A DNA stretch of 64,000 nucleotides from an uncultured Solibacteraceae bacterium (GCA_963792055.1 CAWBUV010000017.1:252283-316282), one strand, 5' to 3'; counted from the first letter of the stretch, positions 19,189 to 31,046 are shown. Notes: a model not told the origin generated them from the sequence alone. Numbers and translations are program-made.

Positions 19189-19286
19189 AGACCCCGGGAA
19201 TGTGATTTCAACTACACCTATTCCGGAGAAATTTTCGATCAGCGCTGACTTCAGTGTAGTTGGATTGACGATGGAGGGTCTTTGGA

Positions 19287-20363
19287 ATGAACAACGCTCA
19301 ACCCATGCCGGAACCGACCGTATGCATTTCCATCGTCACCTACAACAGCAGCCGGTACATCCGGCGCTGCCTGCACGCTGCGCTGGCCCAACAAGGGCAT
19401 ACACGGCCGACCGTGGTGGTGGTGGATAACGCTTCGCACGGATGACACGGCGGAGATCCTGCGGGAATTCGGCGACCGCATACAGGTGATTTGGAACCAC
19501 TCGCAATGTCGGGTTTGCCGCGGCCCAGAACCAGGGTATACGCAGCCAGCCCGGCGGATTGGGTGCTGACGCTCAATCCGGACCTGCTGATGGAGCCGGA
19601 TTTCGTCCGCCGCCTGGTGGATGCGGCGGAACTGGATCGCGGCGCGGGCGCGGTTTGCGGCAAACTGCTCTCGATCGGCCCCGGGTTCCAGCGGCTGCCC
19701 GAAACGCCGAATCGATTCCACGGGCCTGTTTTTCACTCCGACCATGCGCCACTTCGACCGCGGGTGGCATCAACTCGACGACGGCGCCTACGACCGGGCG
19801 GAGTACGTCTTCGGCGCCTGCGCCGCGGCGGCGCTGTACCGGCGGCAGATGATCGACGATGTCTCGATCGACGGCGATTTCTTCGACCCGGATTTCTTCG
19901 CCTACCGGGAAGATGCGGACGTGGCCTGGCGCGCGCAATTGCTGGGCTGGCGCTGTATTTACGCGCCGGCGGCGGTGGGCTGGCACGTGCGCAGCGTGGT
20001 GCCCGGGAAGCGGCGGTCGATCACCCCGTCGATCAACATGCACTCGGTGAAGAATCGCTTCCTGATGCGGATCAAGAATGCGACGCCGGGCCTCTACCGG
20101 CACTGCTGGCTGCCCATGACGGCGCGGGACTGGTGGTGGTGGCAGGATGCATGCTGTTGGAACCGCAGATCGTTGCCGGCACTTCTGGCAAGTTGCAAAG
20201 TGCTGGGGAACGATGTGGAAACGACGGAGGAAATCATGAGCCGGCGCCGGGTCAGCGACCAGGAACTGGTGCGCTGGTTCCGTTTCGACCTTACCGGCGA
20301 ACCATTGACACACGGAACGGTGACGGAAGCAGGACCGGGATACTGGCACCCGACGCAGCATAA
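19287..20363 (+). pseudogene. Family-2 glycosyltransferase (rhamnosyltransferase-like); several frame changes
   Basis: ATG 19287 gives 'MNNAQPMPEPTVCISIVTYNSSRYIRRCLHAALAQ...VVVVDNAS', then a stop. Continuation is 'TAEILREFGDRIQVIW', then 'WVLTLNPDLLMEPDFVRRLVDAAE' (ORF 19491), then 'FGACAAAALYRRQMIDDV...YREDADVAWRAQLLGWRCIYAPAAVGWHVRS' (ORF 19621). It is a paralogue of the intact GT2 at 49983..50993. The 3' end is approximate. Confidence 0.75.
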
Positions 20364-20366
20364 GAC

Positions 20367-20554
20367 CTACTTCCGGCTGGCTGCCAATGCGGCTTTCTGC
20401 TGTGCTTTCTTTTGCTTGCGAGGCAAGCGCGACTTATCTTTTTTGGCGAGCTTGGGGATCTTGATGCGGGGAGGGCTGGCGGGCTTGACCACTACCGCTG
20501 CAGGTGCACTTGCCGCTACTTCGGCATCTTCTTTTTCTTCTTTTTCTCTGCCAT
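20367..20554 (-). pseudogene. Possible small Lys-rich protein (~62 aa) broken in an A-run
   Basis: GAGG lies 5 nt before ATG 20554. MAEKKKKKKMPK* is in frame. Adding one A in 'gagaaaaagaagaaaaagaag' gives MAEKKKKKEDAEVAASAPAAVVVKPASPPRIKIPKLAKKDKSRLPRKQKKAQQKAALAASRK* (TAG 20367-20369). The length of 188 nt fits a 1-nt loss. No family recognised. Confidence 0.3.
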
Positions 20555-21079
20555 ATATCCTCGTTAAGTGTCCGCCCGCCCCAGGATAGCTGAGACCTCG
20601 GGCGAGCAGACAGGAGGAGTCAGGCGCGAAGCCACGCTACAGGCGCGTGGCGACGGCAAACTAGCAAGTGGCAACGGATTGATTCTTTTGGGTTGGGGCA
20701 GCAGTAGGTGGAAAATGTCGATGAAGATAGTTCTGGATCTGAACCTTCTGGCTGGCCAGAACGACCCTTCCCCATCGGATATCACCGGTACGCACATCAT
20801 ATTCGCCGACCACATAGGAGTTCGTCGTCAGCACAGAAATCGGCCCATCGGGCTTATTTCGCAAACAGTAGTAGGATTCGTTGATCGTTTGGGGACCCTG
20901 CATCTTATTATTATAGCGTGAATTACGCCAAAAGTGAGAGGAGTTTGACGAAAGCCGGATGAGTGGGCAGCCGCTCAGGTTGCCACTCAAGTGCATTTCG
21001 AACGGATCAATGGATAATTCGGCTATTGAGGTCTGTTTTACTTGAAACCGGGACGGCATCGGCGCGAAACTGGACCGAA

Positions 21080-24000
21080 ATGGGCATCAATATCGGTCTG
21101 GACATCGGGGCCATCAGCCTCAAACTCGCCGCATTGGGTAAACCGGCGGACCGGGCGACACTGGAATCGGTGTGCGCGGCGCATCCCGAGTTCCGGCTGA
21201 TCGCGCTGGACGACCGTCCGTTACTGCTCTCCGATTACCGCCGGATCTCGGGCAGCCCGATCCAATCCACCTACGATTTGTTGCGCGAACTCTACGAAGT
21301 CATTCCAGAAGACCGCGTGGAAGGCATGCGGGTGACGGGAAGCGGCAGCCGGACCATCGCCAAGGTGCTGGGACTGTTCTTCGAGAACGAGTTCAAGGCC
21401 ATCGCCCGCATGATCGGCACATGGTATCCCGGAGGCGCGCACAGTATTCGAACTGGGCGGCGAGAGTTCCAAGTACATCCGTCTGGAGAACGGCGGAATC
21501 CAGGACTACGACCGCTCGGGGGAATGCGCGGCGGGCACGGGATCGTTCCTGGACCAGCAGGCGCTGCGCATGCAGTACTCGGTGGAAGAGGTGGGCGAAC
21601 TGGTGTGCGGCGCGGGATGCGCGGCGCGGATTGCGGGGCGATGCAGCGTGTTCGCCAAGAGCGACATGATCCACGCGCAGCAGAAGGGCTACTCGCCGGC
21701 CGAGATTCTGCGCGGGCTGTGTGACGCGGTGGCGCGCAATTTCAAGAGTTCGGTGGTGAAGGGCCGGCCGGTGGAGGCGCCCGTGGCGCTGATCGGCGCG
21801 GTGTCGCAGAATGCCGGCGTGGTGCGGGCGTTGCGCGAGGCATTCTCATTGAGCGCGGAACAGCTCTTCGTTCCGGCGGAATACGCCTGGTGCGGCGCTA
21901 TCGGCACGGCGATTCTGGAGGCCGGAGGAGCAGCGCAAACGTTCCATTCTGGACGTGCACCGCTTGCGCCAGCACGATGTGGAAGAGAGCTTCCAGGACA
22001 CCAAGCCGCTCTCCACGGAGAACGTGGTGCAGTTGCGCGACCGTGTGGCGGTCTACGATGCCGCCGCGGCGGCGCGGTCAATTCCGGCGTATCTGGGACT
22101 GGACATCGGGTCGGTATCGACGAACGTAGTAGTGATCGACGAGTTCGGTACGGTGATCCACGACGTGTACCTGCGCACCGCGGGCCGGCCGATCGAGGCG
22201 GTGCAGCAGGGGTTGGCCGAGGTGGAGCGGAGTTGGGGCAGCCGGATGAAGATCTGCGGCGTGGGGACCACGGGCAGCGGGCGCGAACTGATCGCGGAGT
22301 TCGTAGGCGCGGACGTGGTGAACGACGAAATCACGGCGCACAAGACCGGCGCCATACACATCAGCAGCACGTTGGGCGGCGAGCCGGTGGACACGATCTT
22401 CGAGATCGGCGGACAGGATTCGAAGTTCATCTCGATCGAGAACGGGGTAGTGGTGGATTTCGCGATGAACGAGGCGTGCGCGGCAGGCACGGGCTCGTTC
22501 CTGGAAGAGCAGGCGGAGAAACTCGGCATCAGCATCAAGGGAGAGTTCGCGCGGCTGGCGCTCAGCGCGCAAAGTCCGACCCGGCTGGGTGAGCGCTGTA
22601 CCGTCTTCATGGAGCGCGACGTCACGGGATGGATGCATAAGGGTGAGAGTGTGCCGCACCTGGTGGCGGGATTGGCGTACTCGATCGCGCTGAACTATCT
22701 GAATCGCGTGGTGCGCGGGCGCAAGATCGGCAAGGTGATCTACTTCCAGGGCGGGACGGCATACAACGACGCGGTGACGGCGGCGTTCGCCAGCCTGCTG
22801 GGCAAGAAGATCACGGTACCGCCGTACAACGGCGTGATGGGCGCGATCGGCATGGCGCTGATTGCGCGCCAGTGGCATGCGGCGACGCAGGGAGCGAGCC
22901 GCTTTCGCGGCTACGATCTGCACAAGCTGGAACTCACGACGCGTGACTTCGTATGCAAGGCGTGCAGCAACTTGTGCGACATGAAGGAATTCGTCATCGA
23001 AGGACAGAAAAGCTTCTGGGGCGATAAGTGCTCCGACAAGTTCCGCAAGCCTTCGAGCACGGGCCGCAAGCCGGTGATCGACGACCTGTTCGCCTACCGC
23101 GAGGCGCTATTGGAGGCGCTGCCCGCAGCAGCCGGCGGGCAGATTCAAGATCGGCCTGCCGCGCGCGATGTCGATGCTGGACCGGCTGCCTTTCTGGAAG
23201 CGCTATTTCGCGGAACTGGGCATGGAGACGGTCCTCTCGCCGGTGACCGATCCGCGGATTTCGGCTGGCGGGATCGAACTCTCGGTGGCCGAGCCGTGCT
23301 ATCCGGTGCAGGTGGCGCACGGGCATGTGCAGGCGCTGACGACCGCGGGCGTGGATTACGTGTGGCTGCCGGTGATGGCGGACGCGGAGGCGGGCGAGGA
23401 TGGCTGCGCGTCGCACTATTGCCCCTGGAACCAGACGCTGCCGTGGGTATTGAAATCCGCGCCGGGGCTGGAGGCGCACGCACAGAGTTCCTGACGCCCA
23501 CGCTGCATTTCCGGTTGGGAGCCGAGCAGATCAAGAAGGCGCTGGCCGAAACGATGCGGCGGGTCGGCGTCACGCGCCGAGCAAGCGACCGCGCGGTGGA
23601 TGCCGCCTATACGGAGCAGCGCGGATTCCAGGAGCGGCTGATCGAGGCCGGGCGGAAGGCGTTGGCGGCGCTGGAAAAGAGCGGCGAACCGGGGATCGTA
23701 CTGGCGGGCCGCGGATACAACATGTACGATCGCGGCGTGAATTGCGACATCCCACGCAAACTGCGCCATCGCTACGGCGCCAACGTGATCCCGCTGGATT
23801 TCCTGGTGACCGGAAACGAGCCGCTCTCCGAGTTGCACGCCAACATGTTCTGGATCTCCGGCCGCAAGATTCTGGAGGCTGCGCGCATCGCATCGGAGAG
23901 GCCCAACCTGCACATGATCTACCTGACCAACTTCAAGTGCGGGCCGGACAGCTACATCAAGCACTTCGCGCGGGAGGCCGCCGGCGCGCCGCTGCTGATT

Positions 24001-25389
24001 TTGCAATTTGACGGCCACGGCAACGATGCCGGGCTACATGACGCGCTGCGAAGCGTACCTCGACAGCAAAGGAATTCTGCGATGCTACCAATCTACGACG
24101 GAGCTGCCGCCGGGGCAGACCACAGAGACAGCACACCAAAGCACAGCGGCGACCACCCACTAAAGGGCAAGCGGATCTACATTCCGCCGATGGCGTACGG
24201 CAGCGCGCGCGCGTTCGCGAGCGCCTTCCGCGCGATCGGGCTGGAGGCGGAGCCGACGCCGCCCTCGGACCATCGGACGCGCGAATTGGGCGCGCGTTAC
24301 ACCTCGGGCGACGAATGCTATCCGGCGAAAGTGACGGTGGGCGACTTCATGAAAGTGGTGGAGAACCCGGGCCGATAGACAACCGGAAAATCGCGCTGTT
24401 CATGCCGACGGCACAGGGTCCGTGCCGCTTCGGACAATATGCGCCGTACCTGCGGCAGATTCTGGATGCCAACGGATACGGCGAAGTCGAGATACTCTCC
24501 CCCACCAGCCAGAACGCGTACGATGGCCTCGGCAGCTCTGGCCGGCGCCTTCGTGCGCACCGGCTGGCGCGCGCTGCTGGCGGCCGATCTGTTGCAGAAG
24601 CTGCTGCTGATGTGGCGTCCCTACGAAGAGCGGCGCGGCGACAGCGAGCAGACATATGAAGATTCCCTGGCCGACCTGTGCCAAACGCTGGAAGCAGACG
24701 GCGGTCGAGCCTGGCATCCAACTGCGAGGCGCTGCGCGATTGCATGGTGCGCGTGCCGCGACCGTTTCCGCAGGCTGGGAAGCGCGGCGCGACCGGCGCA
24801 GCCGCTGATCGGGATCGTGGGCGAGATCTTCTGCCGCCTGAATACGTTCAGCAACGACAATCTGGTGGCGGCGCTGGAACAGTACGGCGCCGAGGCGTGG
24901 TTGAGCGACATCGTCGAGTGGATCTGGTACACCAATTCGGAGCACTTCCGCAAGTTGAAGCTGGAAGGGCGTCTGTGGACGTTGGAAGCTCTCGGCGCCT
25001 GGGTGCGCAAGCGGGTGCAGAAGCACGACGAGCATGTGCTGGTGGAGCCGTTCCGCGACGATTTCGCGGGCCGTGAGGAGCCGGATATCTACGAAGTGTT
25101 GGAATGCGCGCGCCCTTATCTGCCGCGGGAGGGCGCATTCGGCGAGATGGTGCTGAACGTCGGCAAGGTGGTGTACCTGGCCAAGAAGGGCGCCGCGGGG
25201 ATCATCGACATCAGCCCGTTCACGTGCATGAACGGAATCGTATGCGAGGCGATTTATCCGCGGATCAGCCGCGATCTGGGAGGTCTGCCGATCCGCAATT
25301 TCTACTTCGACGGCACGCAGTCGGACCTCGATCGGGATCTGGGCGTGTACATGGAGTTGGCGCGGACTTACCGCAAGAAAGTGGCGTAG
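21080..25389 (+). pseudogene. BcrAD/BadFG-type double ATPase ('CoA-substrate-specific enzyme activase') fused or coupled to two DUF2229/HAD-like modules; about 9 or more frame changes
   Basis: ATPase copy 1: 'MGINIGLDIGAISLKLA', '...GECAAGTGSFLDQQA', 'GRCSVFAKSDMIHAQQKG'. ATPase copy 2: 'YLGLDIGSVSTNVVVID', 'NEACAAGTGSFLEEQA', 'ERCTVFMERDVTGWMHKG'. DUF2229-like blocks follow: 'IGLPRAMSMLDRLPFWKRYFAELGMETVLS', 'NFKCGPDSYIKHFAREAAGAPLLILQFDGHGNDAG', 'FMPTAQGPCRFGQY', 'IIDISPFTCMNGIVCEAIYPRISRDLGGLPIRNFYFDG'. The pieces lie in ORFs 20963, 21570, 21955, 23168, 24315 and 24439 and in unlisted frames. Confidence 0.8.
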
Positions 25390-25402
25390 GCAAGCGCCGC
25401 GG

Positions 25403-26615
25403 CTACGCGTGTTCCATGCGTGGGCCGGTTTTCATGACTTCTTCGAAGCAGCGGGCGACGTGCTCCCAGGAGAAATTGGCGTTCACCATTTCCCAGGCGG
25501 CGCGGGCTTGACGCGCGCGGAGCTCGCGGACTGGCGAGAAGTTCCAGGCAGTGGGAGGCGAAGTCTTGCGGGGTATCGGCGATGCCGGATGTCGTGCGGG
25601 GGATTGACGGAGAGGCCCTCGGCGCCGATGGTGGTGGAGACTACGGGGATTTGTGCGGCCATGGCTTCGTAGATTTTCAAGCGGGTGCCGCCGCCGATGC
25701 GCAAGGGCACGATGGAGACGGCGGAGTTCCAGAGGTAGGGACGGATGTCGGGGACCGTGCCGGTGACTTGGATGTCGGGGATCTTCGGCGGCGAGTTCGA
25801 GGATTTTCGGCGGAGGCGTGCGGCCGACGATGGCGAGGGTGGCCTGCGGGCGATGCTTGCGGATCAAGGGAAGGATTTCGCGGACGAAATAAAACTACGC
25901 CATCCACGTTGGGGAGCCAGTCCATGGAGCCGACGAAGACGAGATCGGCGGCAGCGGCAGGGGGAGGCGTTGGGGGGAGGAAGTAGTCGATGTTGACGCC
26001 GGTGGGGATCTCGGTGACGCGAGTGACGTCAAAGAGGCGGCGCATTTCGTCGGCATCGGTTTGGGAAACGGCGACGATGTGGCCGGAGGCGCGGCTGACG
26101 CGGCGCTCGTAGCGATACATGCGGTCTGCCTGCAGCTTGAAATAGGCGCGGCGCAGGGGGTCTGGGGCATGCTCGACGTGGCGGCGCCAGATCACGGTTT
26201 CGACGTTGTGCTGGAAAAAGATGGCGTGGGGTAGGTCGGGGAAGTAGCCGGTGGGGGCGAGGTGATCGACGACGGCGCACTCGAAGCGTTCTTTGCGGAT
26301 GAGGTCTCTGAGGAAGGCGCGCATGCCGGGCGGATTGAAGCGTTCGACGGCAACCGGGGTGGGAGAGAAAAGACCGCGGACGAGTTCGGCATAGAACGCC
26401 GGGCTGGTCTTGGAGGGAACGCGGTAGGGGAAAGGATAGGACTTGTGCGAATACTCGTGCGCGCGTGCGGGGCCCTCGGGTTGGGCTGGGTTGTCGATGG
26501 CCACGTAATGGATTTCGTGCCAGCGGTGGAGATGGCGCAGCATCTCCAGCGTGCGGATCTGTCCACCCTTGGTGGTGGGGTGCATGAAATTGGAGTTGAC
26601 CCAGAGGGTCTTCAT
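25403..26615 (-). pseudogene. GT4-family (GT-B) glycosyltransferase; frame interrupted at least 3 times in the C-terminal half
   Basis: The N-terminal half is intact in ORF 25677..26615 ('MKTLWVNSNFMHPTTKGGQIRTLEMLRHL...'). The C-terminal half is pieced from 25403..25867 ('ILPLIRKHRPQATLAIVGRTPP', '...SWEHVARCFEEVM') and 25483..25710 ('VPLRIGGGTRLKIYEAMAAQIPVVSTTIGAEGL'). ATGA overlap with the upstream AsnB-like gene. Confidence 0.75.
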
Positions 26616-28552
26616 ACGGTGGGACGGGCGGCGGCCATGACGCCATCCCAGCGCTCTTCACGTTTGCCGGTGAGGAACATGTCGCCCCATAACTGGAGAG
26701 TGAGCAGGCGCCAGATACGGTCGGTGGCGTCTTCGCGGCCGGACACCTGAAGGTGCAGCAGGTTATCGAGCGCCGCAGGGTCGATGTAGGAGGCGAGCAG
26801 TCCGTCTTTGGCGCGCATGATGCTGGAAGAGGCGCGTCGGCGCGGGGATCGCGCAGCCACTGGCGGAGCGGAGTGGGAAATCCCATCTTCTTGCGATAGA
26901 TGATCTCGTGAGGGACGAGGCCTTCGATGGCTTTCTTGACGATGTACTTGCCCTCGCCATTGCGCAGTTTCATGTGCTCGGGGACGCGGGTGGAGAACTC
27001 GACGAACTCGTGGTCCAGGAAGGGGACGCGGCTTTCGATACTGGTGGCCATGCTCATCTGGTCCTGCTTCATGAGGAGTTCGATCAGGTAGGTCTTCTGG
27101 TCGGCGAAGAGAAGACGCGGAAGGGCCGCGAGTCCGGGTTTGGAGTCCCAGTACTTGCGGAAGTTGGCGTAGGGAGAAGCGGCCGGCAGATTCTGGAACA
27201 AGCGTTCGCTGTTCGGCGGCGGAGAAGGCGGAGTAGAAGTTGTCGAGGTATAGGGATTCCAGGTCCTCGCCGCGGCCGACGAAGGTGTGCTGGAGTTTGC
27301 GGCGGAGGGTGGAAGAGAGAAGGGGCGTGGTCGCGACCTGGTTACGAATGGCGGTGCGGGCGGCGCGGGGCAGAAGGCGATAGAGGCGCAGCCAGCGCTC
27401 GATTCATGGCGTAAAAGCGGTATCGCGCATAACCGCCGAACATTTCGTCGCTGCCTTCGCCCGTAAGAACGACGGTGACATGTTGCCGCGCCAGTTTGGA
27501 AACGAAGTAGAGCGAGACACTGGAAGGCCAGGTGATGGGCTCGTCCTCATGCCAGATGAGACGCGGCAGAGCGTTAAAGAAGCCCTCCATGCCGACGACG
27601 ACTTCGGTGTGTTCCGTTCCGATGGCTTGGGAGACCTGGCGGGCGTAGGAGAGTTCACTGAATTCGGCCTCCTGATAGCCGACGGCGAAGGTCTTGACGG
27701 GGCCATCGAAGTTTCGCTTCATCAAAGCGGCGATGGCTGAGGAATCGACGCCGCCGGAGAGAAACATGCCGAGAGGAACATCGCTCATGAGGCGCATGCA
27801 AACGGTCTGTTCCAGGCGGTCGCGGCATTCGGCGATCCAGGATGCATCGCTTCGGGTCTCGGGCTGGGGATCCGGAATCTCCCAATATTGGCTGGATGCG
27901 GGGCTGTGGAGATGCGCGCGGAGAGATCGAGCGTGAGGTGATGCCCGGGCATCAGTTTACGAATGCCGCGGAAGAGGGTGCGATCTTCGCTCACGTAGCC
28001 GAAGGCGAGGTATTCCGGCAGGAGGGACTCTTCGAATTGGGGAGAGATGGAGGGGTGTTCGAGGAGCGCCTTGATTTCACTGGCGAAGGCGAAGGTGCGG
28101 CCATCCCAATAGTAGTAGAAGGGCTTCTTGCCTAGACGATCCCTGGCGCAGAACAGTTTGCGCGTGTTCTTATCCCAGATGGCAAAGGCGAACATGCCGC
28201 GCAGGCGCAGAACACAATCGGCGCCATATTGCTCGTACGAGTGGAGGATGGTCTCGGTATCGGAGCGGTTGGTGTAGCGGTGTCCGGCCTGCTCCAGGGC
28301 GGGGCGCAGGCTGGCGTGATTGAAGATTTCGCCGTTGAAAATGATGAAGTGGGAAGCGTCTTCATTGGCCATGGGCTGGTGGCCGCCGGAGACATCGATG
28401 ATGGCCAGACGGCGGAAGCCGAGGGACGCCCAGGGATCGCGGTAATAGCCGGAGTCATCGGGGCCGCGGTGGCGGATGGTGTCCGTCATACGCTCGATGA
28501 TCGAGGGAGAGTCGGACGGTTGAACAGTTACGAATCCTGCGATTCCACACAT
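26612..28552 (-). pseudogene. Asparagine synthase (glutamine-hydrolysing)-like amidotransferase; frame interrupted at least 4 times
   Basis: 'MCGIAGF...RGPDDSG' is the Ntn-amidotransferase N-terminus (27785..28552). The PP-loop 'MSDVPLGMFLSGGVDSSAI' is in 27342..27797. 'LFADQKTYLIELLMKQDQMSMATSIESRVPFLDHEFVEF...KYIVKKA' is in 26029..27201. The C-terminus is in 26612..26860. Confidence 0.85.
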
Positions 28553-28809
28553 GAGCGAAGGGGACTATTCCTTACTCTACCATGCGGCACGACGGGAAGC
28601 CGGTTGGCAGCTAAGTTAGTGCGCGGGCCCGCGATTCATAGAGGTTTTGTCAGCGTCTACAAGATTTCATTGCTCGAACATTCATAAAATTATTCCAATT
28701 GATTTCAATTACTTGACTTTTCGGAGCAAGCGGATAAGCAAGGAGGCATAAGTTACTTTCGGCATAGAGGGGCTGGTTACCGAAACGACCGGCCAATTCA
28801 GTCAAAGAC

Positions 28810-31046
28810 ATGAAATTCAATAGAACCGCGCTGAGGTGGGTATGCGTGGCTGCGGCGATGAGCGGCGCGGCCCGCGGACAGACGCAGATCGACCTGCGTA
28901 CCCAAGGAAAGAGCATCGATTTTTCGTCGGCTGCACGGACGCGGCCATCCAAGACCGGAACGTTGGTACCGGCAGCCTGTACGATCGGAGAGACGTTCGT
29001 AAAAACCGATGCGGCGGCCGGAAAGAATCTTTATGTTTGTACGGACGTGAACGTCTGGACCGTTCAAGGCGTCGAGGTGCCGGACCCGGCGGGCAAGGCG
29101 AACCAGGTGCTGAGCAATGACGGCAGTGGATTTGCGTGGCAGGCATTCGGTGGGGATGTGAGCGGACGACCAGGCGCGCTTACGGTGACGGGACTGGGCG
29201 GCCGGAAACTCGGTAGCCTGACACCGCTGGATGGACAGTTTCTCAAATGGAATGCGACCTCCCAACAGTGGGAGGCGACGACCCTGGCCGGCGTGATCAG
29301 CGTCTTCGGGCGGACGGGGGCAATCGTGGCACAAATGGGAGACTACACATTTGCTCAGATCGCGGGCAGCGTGGCGGTGGGACAGTTGCCCGGCGCAGGC
29401 GGCGACCTGAGCGGTACGTTGAGCGCAGCCACTGTGGCGGGCATACAAAGCCGGCCGGTAGCGAATACGGCTCCATCAGTGGGACAGGTATTGGTATGGA
29501 GTGGGTCACAGTGGGCGCCGCAGGCAGTTACAGGCGTAAGTGTGACGAGTATCTTCGGACGTACCGGGGCGGTAACCGCACAGACCGGAGATTACAGCTT
29601 CGCGCAGATCTCGGGCACGGTGGGGAGCGGCCAGTTGCCCGGAGCCGGCGGAGATCTGAGCGGGACGTTGACGTCGGCGACAGTGAGCAGACTACAGAAT
29701 CGGCCGATGTCGGCCACTACCTCCGAGCAGCGGCCAGGTGCTCGCGTGGGACGGTTCGCAGTGGACACCCCAAACCGTGACATCCGGAGGCGGCGGGGGC
29801 GGCGGCGCAAATTCGGTTGATAAGAGTATCAGCAACACGTACACTGCAGGCGCGAAACAGACCTTCGTGCCAAGCCTCGCGACCAGCGGCATCAACATCA
29901 CTCCCGGTACGCTGCCGACCAATCCGGCGGCGGGCGATATTTCTCTCGATTCGGGGGATGCGAACAAATTAAAGGTATACGACGGCGGGCAGTGGAATAC
30001 GCTGGTCACGACAAGTAACTACGTGGCGGCCTTCACGGCGCAGACCCTGGTGACTATCAACGGGACGACACACCGACTGGGGACGGCGAACATCAACACG
30101 GAGTGCTATGATGGCGCAAACCCATCCGCGCGCGTGGAACCCGATAAAATAGTTGTCGACCCAGTGACGTTCAACGTCAACATCTATTTTGCGAGCGCGC
30201 AGACGGGACGGTGCATGATCACGGGAACTGGCGGTGTCACATCCTCAGGTGCGAGTGGCGCGGGAATGGCATCGCAACTGGGGGATTTGGGGCTGGTCCT
30301 GAGCAGTCCCACCATGCTGACCGCGGGACTCAACTGCTCCATCGCAACCCCCTGCAATACACGGTTAGGCAATACGGTATATTCCATAACCAGCAGCAGC
30401 ACGATCACGCTTTCGTCCGGAAGCGGAACGTTGTATCTGTACGTCGATGCTTCGGGCGCGCTGGCGGCAGGGCACAATCTATCGTTGACCTGCTCCGGAG
30501 TATGTGGCGCAATTGGCAGCGTAACTGCGTTTCCGCCAGGATCGATTCCGCTCTTCACATGGACCGCGACGAACGGAATCTGGGACACCAACGGCGGCAG
30601 CGACAAGCGGGCATTTCTGAGCACGCGAAATTTGGGCAGCGGTGCGGGTATTGTGTCCCTGGACACTGGTACGCAAACGGTGGTGGCCGTGGATTCAGCA
30701 GTCGTGCCGACGTACCTGACGGCGGCGGCAGTATTGGATCTTCGCGAGTATCATGCCGGGGGCATGCACCGATTCTACGCTGAGCCTGCCGGGCGCGTCG
30801 GCCGGGGACTCGGTAGCGCCCGGGTGGCCGGCGGGCCTTGAGAATGGCTTGATCGGGATGATGCGGATCAGCGCGAATAACACAGTGTCGGTAAGAGTCT
30901 GTAACTTCTCCGGCGCTTCAGTGGATCCGGCGGCGGCAATGTTCCGTGCGACGGTTGTGAGGAGTTTCTACGATGAAGAGGGCGATTCTATTGGCAACGT
31001 TCGCAACGTTATGCGGGGCGCAGACCACCGTGAACGGCGGACGTGA
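28810..31046 (+). pseudogene. Secreted protein with tail-fibre-like tandem repeats; at least 2 frame changes, 3' end uncertain
   Basis: Signal peptide MKFNRTALRWVCVAAAMSGAARGQ. There are two ~83-aa repeats of the form 'FGRTGAV.AQ.GDY.FAQI.G...GDLSGTL..ATV...GQVL.W.GSQW.PQ.VT'. The product continues in ORF 29738..30841 and then 30753..31046. The in-frame stop at 31046 overlaps the next gene. An ATGA-type stop at 30974-30976 exists in another frame. Confidence 0.65.

Noticed and set aside
29284-29785. Possible non-coding tandem repeat or CRISPR-like array
   Set aside because: There are only two ~250-nt units. They are in frame, encode a conserved protein repeat and have no short spacer/repeat periodicity.
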